The notes: generated by a model not told the origin, from the letters alone. A DNA stretch of 64,000 bases from Camelus ferus (GCF_009834535.1 NC_045697.1:90212001-90276000); one strand, 5' to 3'; shown: positions 39,435-52,851, counted from the stretch's first letter. A program made the numbers and translations.

Positions 39435-40824
39435 CTGGAAAAAAAAAAAAAAAAAAACAGAACAGTATGATCCAATGTAGCTATGGCCCTGCAAGAACTT
39501 GGATAAAGCCTAATGGCAGCGACAGGAGAAGGTCCTCCTGGACACTAGTCAATATGAATCTACTTCACAGATCATCACAAGCCCTCAGCAACAGCAGAGG
39601 GGTGCTCAAGCACGGGTACAAATGAAATGAAATCTTTGAGACCTCAGATCTCAAAGAATTGGCCCCAGGTCTCCCAGAGACAACATCAGGACTAGCCACA
39701 TGTTCAACTCCACATAGTGAAGGTTTTGGAAGTTATGTTCCTAATCCACCTCCTTAAATGAAGCAGGAGTCAATTAAGGAAAAAGAAAATACTGCAGGGC
39801 ATTTTATTAACGGATATCATAGAGCCTTAAGTTTCTGTTATGTTAAAGACTATTCCAAGATTTCTTCAAAATCTTGGCCATCAGCACTTTGCAGGTTCTC
39901 AGGATTTGGGATAAATGGTGGGAAATGAAACAGAAAAGAGATGAGAGTAGGATCTCTAACTTAGTGGATAAGAATGGAGCTTCTTTATGGGCATTTCTAT
40001 CAATCAAATCTTAGAAAAATTTAGGAACATTAGACAATTTTACAAGCTTTCGGGAACCTTTGGAAAATGTGATTCTAAAACAAAAAAATAGGGGTAAATG
40101 GAGAAAACATTCATAGATGACTACATATATTAAGATAAAAGAGAGAGAAAGAGCGATCCACCTTCACCAAGTCACACACACACATTTCACCCAATGGTAG
40201 TTATCAGGGCAACATATTATAAAACTTAACAATGCTGCACTGAACTGTATTTTAGCAGGTGAGCTTCTTAGGCAAGGACCATTTCCTTTTCATTTTAAGA
40301 TACCCAGAACACACATTAGAGTTTAGCACAATGCCTGACAAACTAGTGGCCTCTCCACAATGTTCGTTTGAAACAGGACAATCTCCCTCTATGTCTTTTA
40401 ATCAAGCCTGAAGACAATAAGTTTAGGACAAGAAACAACAGCACTGAATATTATGGTCATGAGAGGAATAAAAGTATATCATCAAACACATGATTAATAT
40501 TTATCTTCTAAGGGGAGTTAATGGAAAAATTTAAGAGGAAATTCTATGGTTCTTGGATTTCTAATTCAGTGTCTAGAGTTTGTTGTGTCACAGAGGCATA
40601 AATCAGTAAGCGAAGATTAACTAGAAATTTAGCCAGTTGCATTCAGTCACCTGTGTCACATTCATTTTTCACAGGAAGAGCAGTGGCCTCTGGAAAGAGT
40701 GCTTAGCCTGTGGCAGAACGGGAACTAGCCTAGCCAAAGTTTACAGAAATAATCAAACCGTGGTTCAGAAAATCTATACCGACTTTTCCCTACAAACAAT
40801 CTTCCTGTATGTCTTTAAGGCAAC

Positions 40825-41030
40825 CTGACACTAAGTGCTTACTAAGACACTTACTATGTGGCATTCTGGCATTTTGTAACATGAATATATTTAATCCTCA
40901 CAACAAGTGAGAAAACTGAGAAACAGAGAAATAAATAGTCTTATGCAAAGTTACATCACTAGTAAGGGGCAGATCTGGGACTTGAGCCCAGTCAAGCTGG
41001 CTTAGAACCAATATCTTAATCATCATATTA
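40825..41030 (-). mobile_element. MIR SINE
   Basis: cacttactatgtg...atttaatcctcacaac...gaaaactgag...ctgggacttgagccca. Confidence 0.75.
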
Positions 41031-41569
41031 TAAAAGGCAGGCTCCAAACTTTTGGTTTGATGTGCTAGTTAATTCAGGATGTAAACTCAGTCAGCTCAAA
41101 GTTCAAGGCTATGCTTCCCTGTTGCAATTTCTCTCCCTTCTTCTCTTCCCTGAGATGGTATCTGGGTACAAATAATATACTACACAGCATTCCAGCAGTA
41201 AAGAAAAGGATTCTCATATTCTATACCTGTGTTGGCCTCAACTATACAGCCTCATTCTGCCTGGTCTTTGGGTATTGGCTTCTGATCCCTTGTTTCCTCC
41301 TGATATAACAAAATTACCTATTTCCTTAGGACTAGTGCTAGAATCTGATAATTCTGTAATCTCTGCTGTGACCTCCCATTGTGATGTCTATCACCTTCTG
41401 TGCCCTTCAAACTTGACTCTGTGCCCAGGACTCTTTCAGTCCATCAGAATGCCTCCTTTTTTGACTTGCACTGGGGCATGTGTAAACTTCTGGATGTCTT
41501 ATTTGCCATTTTTGACCACATTTTTTGCCTGGGGCTCTGATCACCTTGTTAGGACTCCCTGAGCACATG

Positions 41570-42060
41570 CTCAAGAAATGGAAGCAACCTAAGCGTCCAT
41601 CAATAGATAAGTGGATAAAGAAAATGTGGTATATGTATGCAATGTAGTATTACTCAGCCATAAAAAGATTTGCCACAACATGGATGGATCTGGATGGAAT
41701 TATGCTTAGTAAAGTAAGTCAGACAGAATGAAAATACTGTATGTTTTTATTTATACGTAGAATCTAAAAAATAAAATGAATGAATATAACAAAACATAAA
41801 CAGACTCTCAGAACAAACTAGAGATTACCAGTGAGGAGGGAGTGGAGGGGCAAGATACAGGAAAATAATTGAGATACAAACTGTTAGGTATAAAATAAAT
41901 AAGATACAAGGATGTAATGTACAGCACATGGAATATAGCCAATATTTTGTTAACTGTAAATAGAGTATAATCTATAAAAATATTGAATCATTATGCAGTA
42001 TACCTGAAACTAATATAATGTGGTAAATCAATTATACTTGAATTTTAAAAACAAAATTAA
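41570..42060 (+). mobile_element. 5'-truncated L1 3' end (L1MA9/artiodactyl type)
   Basis: atggaagcaacctaagcgtccatcaatagat..tggataaagaaaatgtggt...tacctgaaactaatataa...A-tail. Confidence 0.9.
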
Positions 42061-42079
42061 GAATACAGCTTTACCACAA

Positions 42080-42563
42080 TTGCAGTGGGGAAAATAAACA
42101 GAAGAGGGGTTAAGAATGGTGTAACAAAAATCCCTTTATGGTGATGCTATGGAAGTTCAGTTGACAGATAATGGTAACTTGGAGTTGGGTGATAAAGATG
42201 GAGAAAGACGGGTTGAGTCAAAATATGTTTTTAGTAGAACGGAAGGACTTGGTAACAGATTAGATGTGAGGGGCAAACGATAAGGAAAAGATCTGAAAAA
42301 TCAGTGAGGGTAGCAACTATGATCTTCCTATTCATCCTTGCATTTCCAATGTCCATCAGTGTCTGACACAATGAAGGTACACAATAGATATTTGATGAAT
42401 GAATAGATGTGCAAATGAACTGAGGTGCTGTGCTTTTACTAACCTGGGAAATAATGAAGAAGCAGATTCAGATGTTAATATCATGAACTCAGTTTTAAAC
42501 ATAGGGAATTTGAGATTACTGTCTCATTTAGGGAAAAGAACTTTAGGCAGTAAATGTATGATT
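42080..42563 (-). mobile_element. L2 fragment, left part (split by the ERV1)
   Basis: ggacttggt.acagattagatgtg..., tgaactcagtttt.aacat...tttgag...taggcagt; continues at 48050. Confidence 0.7.
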
Positions 42564-42905
42564 TGTTGACATAAAACTAATAGACTACTAGATATTTCTC
42601 CAGCAAACATTAAGTATATTTGGGATCAGCAAAGAAATGCAATTCAGAATCTACAATCATGAGTCACATGAAAGTTCCCACACAGCAAGAGAAGCACATG
42701 CTTGTAGAGAATAAAAGGAAGCCAGGAGGGTTATAGTAAACAAAGAGCTCATGGTTCTTCATTGGTTGAGTCCTTGTCAGAAAAGGAGTCTTTCTTTCTG
42801 TTGAGCCCTGCTTGGTCATAGGGTATGAGAACTCCTCTCTTTCTGGTCTCATTTCAATTGTGGTTTCCATTTTTTGGTTTTTGTTTGTTTGTTTGGGGGG
42901 GGGTT
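42564..42905 (-). repeat. 3' LTR of the ERV1
   Basis: Colinear with 47712-48045 (aatagactac, atttctccagcaaacat, gaaagttccca, aaacaaagag.tcatgg, ttcattgg.tga..c.ttgtcagaaaaggagt). Confidence 0.88.
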
Positions 42906-45900
42906 GTGCTCTCCTCCTTTTGATCAAGCTCTTTCTCTAAAAGCATCACTCATCAAGAAGTCAGGTTTTCTGGCTTCAATGGCTTTTTGTCCCTCAATGC
43001 CAGGAAGAAACTTTGCTGGGTATAGTATCTCATTTTGGAAGGTAAGTGCACAGATTGGAAATCTACTGAGTTCACATTTGAGTAACAAGTAGGAGGGAGA
43101 ACTCTCAGGCCCTTTTTTTAAAAAATCTAAGTCCGTATGCTATCAAGATCATAAATACTTAAAATCATTTAAAGCTTTATGACATCATCAAAGGTTTGGT
43201 GACAAACTTCCAATAGACTTGGTCCAGATATCTTGGGAAAGCTATCTCATCAAATGTCATCTGCTTCAACTCCAGGAAATCCTCCCTTTCAGGTCCTCAG
43301 ATGATAATACAGGTCCAGTCAGGGTTCACTGCTTTCTTTACATGTGTCACAGGAATATGAAAGTCTATTCCTTAAGGTCTGGCCACACAAGAGTTTGTTA
43401 GCAGTACCTGATAGAGGCCTCTCCAGCAATGCTGAAGAGGGTTCTTCTAGAGGTGTCTTTCCCAATGTACAAAATCTCCAAGTTTCAAGGAAGCTTAAGT
43501 ACTTCATCCCCAGAGACTGTACTGTGAAAAGACTGCTCTACCAAAACATGGTTATTTTTAATAGGAGTAATTAGGCCTTTGCAATATTGTAGTGTTTCTC
43601 CTAATATCAGTTGTCAGTTAAAAGGAGCAGGACCCAAGTACATTAGGTGTCCTATGACCAACTCAAAGGAGAAGAGTTTATAAGCTCCAGAAGGGGTGGA
43701 TCTGAGATTTAGAAGGACTAATGGCAATGCTTTTGGCCATGGTATTTGGAGGGCCTCTGCAAATTTTGTCAAATGAGTCTCAATAAAGCTGTTAGTGTGT
43801 TAGACTAACCCAGAGAACTGAGGGTGGTAAGAGCACTGAAAGCATTGTACAACTGTCCAAATGTGATGCACTTGTTAAAGTACCTGGCCAGTAAAATGGG
43901 TTTCTTGACCAGTATGAATTCTGAAATTATCCCAGGTAGGAATAATCTTTTCCAAAAAAAGACTTCAGCCACAGAAGAGGCAGTATCCTGTCTGCAAGAG
44001 AAGGCTTCAGTCCAGTGTGAAAATATACATACAGTGACTAAAACATTTGCATTCATTAAATGGAGGAAGTTGTGTGAAATCCATTTGCCTGAGCTCCAGT
44101 GGTCTATTAGGTAGTTTTAAACATCTAGAAACAGTATGAATAGGCTTCCCTGGGTTGTACCTTGGACAAGAAGGGCAAGTGAAGCTGACACTTCTTCCAG
44201 CCTTTTTAATGTTTCCCTACCACTACTGATTCATAGATGCTGTCATTTTATCAGTAGATCAATGGTTTAATGCATATACAGTAATAAGGAGTATCAATTT
44301 TAGACTCTCTAGGAGGACTGGGTTATTTGGGCTAAACCAAAGCTTTCTCTTTTTTCAAAACAACAATTGTTGAATTTCCAATCTTGTGCTTCCCATTTCT
44401 ATGGATAACTCTTGGGCTCCTCTAGCCAGTTTCTTATTTTATAATTTGGAGAATCTCTCTTTGGACCATGACAAAGGTTTGGCTGCTGGTAGTCCCTAAG
44501 GGCAGGATTCCTTGTCGGAATATCAGCCAGATAATTTCTCTTAGCTTCCAGAATCACATTTATAGTAGCTAATGAGGCCATTAAAAGTACTGCATCGAAT
44601 AATTCCACTTCTATTTTTATTTCTTCTGGAAATAAAGGAAACCATTTTGCTTCCATAACAAGACAAAATCATGAGCCATTCCAAAAGCATATCTACTATC
44701 CATATAAATACTGGCTAAAGTACAAGCCTGTTGGGCTTAAGTACCCACAGGTAAAGATGCTGCCTCAAAAAGATGAAAAGGAACAGTAATAGCATACCCA
44801 GTACATTACTTGCCAGTGTCATATTTTAAATAAGAACCATGAGAAATCAGTGTTGCCCACAGGAACTTCTTGTAGCCCATTATGAGGAGTCAGGAGTTGT
44901 TCTGTGTTTACAGGGTATTGATTAATTCTGAGACGTGGTTTGGAGGTATCTCTTTGAATCATGATGTAAGGTATACGGTGAATTTTGCCGATATCAGTTG
45001 GAGATTTTTAGCATAAGGAAGGTGGCCGCTGATACAACAGACACAAATGACCAGAGTTTGCAAAATCAGCTAGTACCATAAGAGGTGGAACAAATAAGAA
45101 ATGTCAAAAGATCACTTAATTCACATGGTAGGTTACTTGCATAACTAGTGGGATTGAGCACAGAGAGTGTGGCTCTGGTGTCAGGTAAGACTGGCATCCC
45201 CAATCTGGAGCAATGCTTCTCCAAGCTGATTCAGAGGGAGGATCAGGAATAGCCCCGGTAGCTCCTCATAACTGTGTGATTAACAAATGAGAGGATATCA
45301 GAAAGGCTGGTTAGGAGGCTGAAGGCACCTAAAGAGCTTAAACATGTTACATCTCTTTTCCAATGTTCTGGCTCTTTTCACTAATAACTGAAACTAGGCA
45401 CATTTTTATTTCATCTAGGAGTCTTCATTTGCTGGGATTGAAGATTAAGAATTTTGGCAGTCTTTCTTCCAGGGGACTCATCTAGAGCTGGTTTGCAAGA
45501 TTAACTAAATCTGGACTAGGCACAGTTTCCCATTTCATCATAATCCTTCTTTCTAGAAGGGACAGATCCCAGTTCAGCCCATTAATAACCCCAGAGTTAT
45601 AAACTACCCAGGTAAAATCAACACATTAAAGAAGACCAGAATTTTCTTTAAAAATAATCTGAAGTCAATTGTAAGAGTTATAAACAGATTAATCAGAATT
45701 TTTTGTTTCAATCAACAGACTTTGGAAAGGCCTTAGGAGTTGCTAGATGAAGTCACCTAGCAACTACCCAAGCTTGATCATGTAATAAGTTAGCAGGCTG
45801 TTCTCTTGGTTGTAATTCTAAAGATCTTTCAGGATTTTCCCATTCCCCAGTTGTCATCCAATGCTGGACCTGGCCTTCACCAACAAGCATATGAACCAGT

Positions 45901-46180
45901 TGATAAAAGTCAGAGAAACCAAGCTGAGAAGTCTGAATGATTATATTAAATTCTTCACAAATCTGTGAGAATCTCCAGGTACTTTGGGAAAAACTTGACA
46001 ATGGCTTATAGTTCAGCCTTAGTCCAGGGAGTAAAGGAAATTAAGGATTTAGACTCTGGATCTCAGAAGGCTTAATTTTAAAGGAATAGGTTCTGATAAA
46101 TTCAGAGGAAAAGGGAGTGGGTAGAGTTTCAGAGAAAACATTAGTTAGGCAAGAAGATTAGCAAGGAGGAATTGAGGGTA

Positions 46181-46704
46181 CAGGTATACTCTCATTTTTT
46201 TGCACTTCACTTTATTGCATTTTATAGATAATGTGTTTTTTACAAATTGAAGGTCTGTGGCAACCCTGCCTCAAGCAAGTCTATCAGCACTTTTCCAACA
46301 GAATTTGCTCACTTCATGTCTCTGCATCACGTTTTGGTAAATCTCACAATAATTCAAATGTTTTCATTATTATTGTATTTGTTATAGTGTCTGTGATCAG
46401 TGAACTTTGATATCATTATTGTAAAGATTATGACTCAATTAAGACTCAGATAATGGTTAGCAGTTTTTAGCAATAAGGTATAATTAAATTAAGGTATGTA
46501 TGATATGTTATAAGGGTTTTTTGGGGGTTTTATTTTTTGTTTTTTTACATAATGCCACTGTACATTTAACAGACAACAGTATAGTGTAAGCATTACATTT
46601 AAATGCACTGGGAAACCAAAAAATTTGTGTGACTTGTTTTACTGCAATATTTGATTACTGTGGCAGTCTGGAACTGAACCTATCACATCTCTGAGGTATG
46701 CCTG
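46181..46704 (+). mobile_element. Internally deleted Tigger1 derivative (Tigger1a-type, 524 bp) nested in ERV gag
   Basis: TA|caggtatactc ... gaggtatgcctg|TA gives terminal inverted repeats with a TA duplication. Internal ttttacaaattgaaggt.tgtggcaaccctgc and tgcactgggaaaccaaaaaatt are Tigger1 end sequences. Confidence 0.92.
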
Positions 46705-47711
46705 TATGTAAGAGGCATAGGTGGCAGAAAGTAAAGGAGAAGGATGAAGCGAAAGGTGGAGTCTGAAACAAAGATGCTAAGAAAAAAGTTTGAGGCTTCA
46801 GGATCAACTTTATCTTTATTTGTGTGTTTACCTCCATTAGTCTTAAGATCTTATTTTGCTGAAAAGTAATTTTAGGCTTCTGATAACATTTGGAAGCCTC
46901 AAGATACCAACTGAAATAGGCATACCACTCAGTTCCAAAAACTGATGAGCTATTGTGATTCAATTCAATTTTTAGAAAATTAATTTTGGGTATTTTGAAA
47001 GTTCCCCACATTGGCCTTAGTAGTCAGTTAGTTATAAATGTGCTTGAGGAAGGATTGCAGTTTAAAGGATTGAAGCATAAAATTGGCTGGAGTCCCTACA
47101 GGGATGGCCCTCAAAATATTTAGATAACTGAGATCCTATTTCTCACAGTTTTTTCTCCAAGTAATACGACAATTTTCAAAAAGCTTAAACACTTTACAGT
47201 TCAAAGAACTCAATTAAAACAGCTTGCAAGTCTAAATACTAGTCAACTCCAAGGAAATAGCTTAGTTCCGGAAAAGTCAGGCCAAAGCCTTTTTCAGCCA
47301 GTTTCCAGAGAATAGCTTACTCGAAAGATATAGGCCAAAGGCTGAAAAACCAGCAGTTTGAGTGAAGCAGCCCCCGCTTCCAAAGGAATGGATCAAAGGG
47401 ATTTTTAATTAGCTTCAGTTGAAACAGTCCAATTAAAAATCAGACCTAAATGCCAAACAAGTACTTGCATAGAGAATAAGGCCTTAACAAGAAAGACAAA
47501 ACCTTAAAATAGATCACAAGTTCAACCTGGAAATTTTCAAATACAAAGAGAGCATGAGCTCAGATCCAGGAAAAAGACATACCTTCAAACTCCAACATCA
47601 GAAAGAAAAGCAGTAAGCAGCAATAGCTTCCGTTGTGGGTACTGCACCTGTATGCTCACAGACCCTGAGCCTTTGGGGCATATTCTCTAGTCCCAGAATA
47701 CACCACCAAAA

Positions 47712-48045
47712 TGTTGGCCTGAAACAAATAGACTACCATGTATTTCTCCAGCAAACATGGATGTATTCAGGAGCAGCAGAGTATAGCACAATTCAGGGTC
47801 TGCAACCATGGCAAGCCATGTGAAAGTTCCCATCCAGCGAGGGGAGGAGAATGCTTTTATAGAGGGGGAAAAGTTGGGAGGGCTGTAGGAAACAAAGAGT
47901 TCATGGCTTTTCATTGGCTGAATCTTTGTCAGAAAAGGAGTATTTCCTCTTCCTATTGGTTTCCTCTTAAGTCACAGGCTATGAGAGCTCCCCCTTCTGG
48001 ACTCCTGAATCTACTTAACTGAGGTTTCTGATATTTAACTTACTA
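47712..48045 (-). promoter_or_regulatory. 5' LTR of the ERV1 retaining CCAAT and TATA boxes
   Basis: Minus strand CCAAT at 47959-47955 and 47917-47913, TATAAAA at 47861-47855. Activity is not demonstrated. Confidence 0.6.
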
Positions 48046-48049
48046 GATT

Positions 48050-48235
48050 CTACAAGTCAAAAGGAAGATTTGGCCTGGAGACACTCATTTTGGCATTGGT
48101 GACATATGAAAGGTAATGGGAAGCAGAAGTATGGAAAAGATCACTTAGAAAAAAAGTATTAGAAAGAGAATGGAAGAGCGCCTAGAAACCCAGTCCTGAG
48201 GGACACTAACATTTAAAATTCAGGCAGAAGAACCT
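48050..48235 (-). mobile_element. L2 fragment, right part (continuation across the ERV1)
   Basis: tttggcctggaga...gatcacttag...agaaagagaa..gaagag...cactaacattta. Confidence 0.7.
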
Positions 48236-51200
48236 GCCCCATGTCTCCAGCTAATTCTTCCACTAGTGAATTAGTGTGCCACACTGACTATCTCAAAACT
48301 TAAATTTGAAGAATACTTCTATGTTATTAATAAACATTTATTGAAAAATCTTCCTTTTATCAGATAATCTCCTAGGTGCTGAAGATACAGACCTAAGGCT
48401 GCCCTTGAAGAGCTTAGTGATCCAACCTGACATGTGATGTTTGTTCTAAATTGCTCCACATTCTATGATACCTAAGAGGAAGGGGCCAAGATTAAGCATC
48501 TTCTGCCTTCATCATAACGAGTGCTCTGGGCTCAGCTACAGAAAAATAGCTGTACTTCTGCACATCTGAGTCATAGCTTATACATTCGCAATCTGCTATA
48601 CCATGTAATGACTAATTAAACCTCTCCTACAGATGCAGAGGAGACGTAGTAGAGTGATACAGAATGAGGATTTAACAAAAAATGAGAGAGCATATCTGTA
48701 AAAATGACTTCCTGAGTGACTTGATTAATTAATGAATTGCCTTTTGTGAAATTCCTCACAAATCTCTCCCCCTCTAAGAGAAGTTAGCAGGAATCAGAAA
48801 AGCTCTGCTCAGAGCCTGTCTCTGGGAGTCACAGAACAACCACCCATTTGAGAAGAAACTGAGCCTCTGGGTTCCACACATCTAATTCTTAAAAAAATTA
48901 GTGTTTAGGTTTAGGAAGAGAACCTGCCCTCAAGCTCTCAACTGAGTTGCCCTTCTAGACTATGATTTCCAAAGAAAATTAATAACAGAATGCATATATG
49001 CAAGCCCTTTCCCATGCAAATCTCATGTGATCCTGAACACACCACTATTTGTGAATTAACCAGAGTTCTGCATCCCAGGCTAGGTCCTAACAGTGGCTGT
49101 GCTTAGAACTGATTTTGGAGATTAGGCACTCCCATAATCTCCAAGACTTTGTCCTAAACAAACATATAACCTAAGTAAAAACAAGTATGTTTGCTCTGTC
49201 AGTGCAGTCTCAAGATAAGCTCTGCAGTTCCTTCTTCCAAACAAATTTTGATCCCTGGTCTCTTCTTATTTATAAATTCTGGGGCTGCTATTGGGCACTG
49301 AGATAACAAGATGGAAACTCAGAGAGATTATGTAATTTGCTCATATCAGAAAGATAGTAAATGATATAGCTAGTCCTCAAACCCAGATCTGCTGATTTCA
49401 ACATTATTTCTCTTTGTAACTATTCCCTGTTGCCATCCAAACCACTATGTCACACAATGAACTTTGAACAGTAGATATGAAAATTTGGGAGAATAAAGAT
49501 GGAAAGAATGTTTTTATCTGAAACTCTTCTAACTCTGGTGAGGACAGGGAAAATGTTTTGTTTACTACTATATACTTAGCCCCTAACGCACTACTAAGTT
49601 GGTCAATACTTAGCATGTAGTTGTGGAACAAAAATAAGTTAAATAATTAATTGATGAGGTGATAATTAATCATTATTATGATAAAATCTACTCTGCTAGT
49701 GAGTATATTTTAAAGGTGGTTCCAAAGAATGCCTGACATTTTAGGTTAAGTTTGAAAACTATATTTTAATTATTGTTTAAGTTATACAGATTTTGTCAGA
49801 GCGTGTTCTACTTAAGAAAACCCTTAACTTCATTGTTCCATCACTTTGCAGTGATAATACATGTCACTTTGCCAGATCAGTGATAGCATTTGCTCCAGCT
49901 AATTTGTAAAGTTAATAGTTTCTTGACAAAAAATAAAATGAGGGCAAAAACAATCCCCCAAAAAGAGTATATAGTATGATCCTCTTCTGTGAGAAAATAT
50001 AGCACAAAACCAGAAATAAATATCAAAGCTATGTATTTTTGAAACTACATAGCTGCTAAAAGTTATGTAAGTCTAGGCATACGAAATTGTTATATGTTTT
50101 ATTTTTAAAGAGACAAATATTTATTCTCTTATAATATCACTACCCTTGTAAGTTACCCCTCAAATCCTCCCCTGATGAGGGCCAAGCTCCCAGAAAGCTC
50201 TAAATCCTAAAACTGAGTTCTTCGTTTTGGTATGGTATACAAAAGAGAAAAAGAAATACATATATGTTTGACTGCTTTAAGAATGAGAAAAGTGTAATCT
50301 TTCCACACTCACATAACTCAAATTGGTTTTTCAAACTTTCCTCCAAAAAAAGCACTAAAGTAAGACTATGCATCAATAGGAGTCCAATAATCTTTCAATT
50401 ATAACTAAATAAGTATTCAAATCACAGCTTCTATAACCCTATCTTTTTAATGTAGTTTTCTTTCAAGGAATGCAGAGATTTCACATCATTTGCTCACACA
50501 ACTTATTTGCACTAAATCATATCAAAGCTCATATGAAACTTAAAAATAACAAAAGCAAATATTTATTTTAAAATAAATGCCCAAAACTCAGTTTCCATTT
50601 GTCAAACTCAAAGAAATAGCTGATTGATGTCAAAGAAATAAAAACCACCCTTAAAGCATATCTGATCATTATTATATTATTATTAAAATCTGGATTCATG
50701 TCTCATTTTTCCTACTATTATCCAAACCATAAATGACCCTGTTTAGCTTTTCATTTCTTATTCATTTGTGGGCCATAAGCTTTCTTTACCCTGATCTTTT
50801 TTGTTTTCCCCTTTTTGAACGCCACACACCTCTTAATATGTCATTTAAACTATCCATTATGTTATCTACTAGCCAATAACACCAATCATAAGAAAATTCT
50901 TCTAAGATAGTAATATTTAATGTTAAATTTAGATAGTTTTGCATGGTTTTGATTCCCCATATAAGGCAAATCCTTTTCTGCACACTGATTTCTTTCAGGG
51001 GAAAAAAAAATACTAGCTCACACAAATTAAAGATTTCTGTGTTTTCAGACGAAATGTTGCCTGCATATGCTTAAGCTCTTCTCAGCATACTAAGACTTTT
51101 AATAATCGTTTGCTATGCTACACCATGCACAATGTATCATCGTGTATTACAGAGTATTACAGAGTAGCCATTTTGGAGCAAGAGCTCCAAAGTGGTTGTT

Positions 51201-51466
51201 CCCACAAAACGAGAACAGAGCTCTATTACAGACATAACAATATATTAAATTCTAAGAGCTTTGCCAGATGGAGGGGAATCTGCCCCTTGGGTAGGACTGC
51301 CCACTCAGCACCTCCACGGGACAGCCCATTGAATTCAACAATCAAAGACATGGAGATAATAAACTCAAAAACCTCTTTCAAGTTTCCAAACTCAAAGCAT
51401 ACATGTTAGATAGGAGTGTCCTTGATACTGTGAGTTAGGGAACCATAAAGTAAAATAACGACTTAC

Positions 51467-51525
51467 TCTTTCCTATGCAGACTGCTCATGTCCACATGGT
51501 ACCACAAAATAGTATAGTTTAAGCC
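51467..51525 (-). other. Candidate exon (59 nt)
   Basis: Acceptor caattacag|gg (weak pyrimidine tract); donor aga|gtaagt. Confidence 0.4.
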
Positions 51526-51875
51526 CTGTAATTGACATTTTCAAGTAATAAGAATGCAAAAAGGGTAAAGATTATTCTCTAACTCAAGGAAACATTTAAA
51601 ACCCTTGTTTTGTGTACTCATAACTCAAAAACCACTAGAGCTATAAAGCATATTCTTGGCAGTATCAATCTCTATCAACCCCAACTTGAGTAATGTTTTT
51701 TTCAAGTAGATGTGGTTTGAAATTATGCATTCATGTAAGAATAGTAGGAAATTATTCTATTTATTTGTTTTAATTTATTTATTTTAAATTGTCTTGCAGA
51801 TGTAGCCATGAATGTTACTAAACATTTTGTCCTCTCTGCTCTCCTGTCCCTACGACTTTCTCTCCAAAATTTATT

Positions 51876-52077
51876 CTTTTTTTTTTATTATTATTGAAGT
51901 ATAGTCAGTTTACAATGTTGTGTCAATTTCTAGTGTACAATACGATACTTCAGTCATATAGGGACATACATATACTCATTTTCATATTATTTTCACCATA
52001 AGTTACCACAAGATATTGAATATAGTTCCCTGTGCTATACAGTATAAGCTTGTTTATCATATATATATACACATATA

Positions 52078-52113
<36 letters not shown>

Positions 52114-52335
52114 TATATATATGATAAGCATATATATATATATATATTAGTTAGTATCTGCAAATCTTGAACTCTCAATTTATCCCTTTCCACTCCATTC
52201 CTCCCCTGGTAACCATACATTTGTTTTCTATGTCTGTGAGTCTGTTTCTGTTTTGTAAATAAGTTTGTCTTTTTTTTTGTTTGTTTGTTTCCACATATAA
52301 GTGGTATCATATGGTATTTTTCTTTCTCTTTCTAA
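51876..52335 (-). mobile_element. Relatively young 5'-truncated L1 3' end (camelid/artiodactyl type)
   Basis: T-tail then attgaagtatagtcagtttacaatgttgtg...atagttccctgtgctatacagta...ttccacatataagtg.tatcatatggtattt. Confidence 0.9.
52058..52147 (+). repeat. Compound (TA)n/(TACA)n microsatellite inside the L1 3'UTR
   Basis: Directly visible. Confidence 0.95.
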
Positions 52336-52787
52336 CTTTCTAACATTAGGATTTTTGATATTTCATCAGAAGTTATAAGAAATCAACATTAGTATAAAGA
52401 ATATACTCAGTAAATCTACTACTTTCATTAAGATGTTTCTTTTGGCCATGATTTGCTCTGCAATCCACCCTAATACTCTTCTGCTCAATGTCTGTCAAAT
52501 AAAAACCAACCTTAAGAGTCTGCAAACTCTGGCTGGTGCATATTGTTTTGTCCATGCCTCTACGACTCGCAAGAGGGATGACATGCCTGGTGGTCTTCTG
52601 GCCCAGCCACTAAATAATAATCTCATGTTAATAAAAATTTCCAAGAAAAGTATAATATTTAGCACAGTAATGAATAATGTGAGATGTTAGAAGTTCGTGG
52701 GTATAATTAATCACAACTCTTGCCCTAGGGATTCCACCCAATTTGTGAGACAGACATGGAGTATGAAAAGGATAAAAGATCACTCAC

Positions 52788-52851
52788 CTAAATATGCTTA
52801 ATTCTCCAATCATGATCTCCAAATCATGGCTTGGAACCATTTGTTTGCCTC
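52788..52851 (-). other. Candidate exon (64 nt)
   Basis: Acceptor ttgtgtgtctttccag|ga and donor tag|gtgagt. Confidence 0.5.

Larger units (their letters stand above)
42564..48045 (-). mobile_element. Two-LTR class I (ERV1) provirus, decayed, with RT core deleted
   Basis: Homologous LTRs at 42564-~42905 and 47712-48045; TSD gatt at 42560-42563 and 48046-48049. PBS-like tggtggtgtattctggga; PPT aaaaggaggag at about 42911-42921. Gag SDFYQLVHMLVG (45753-46001 frame), protease DTRATLSVLNP near 45150-45182, RNaseH IYMDSRYAFG near 44680-44709, integrase WQMDFTQLP and VCIFSHWTEAF near 44000-44090. Confidence 0.92.

Noticed and set aside
43805..47011. ERV-derived ORFs as functional genes
   Set aside because: They are short fragments separated by stops, frameshifts and a transposon insertion, and the protease motif reads DTR rather than DTG.
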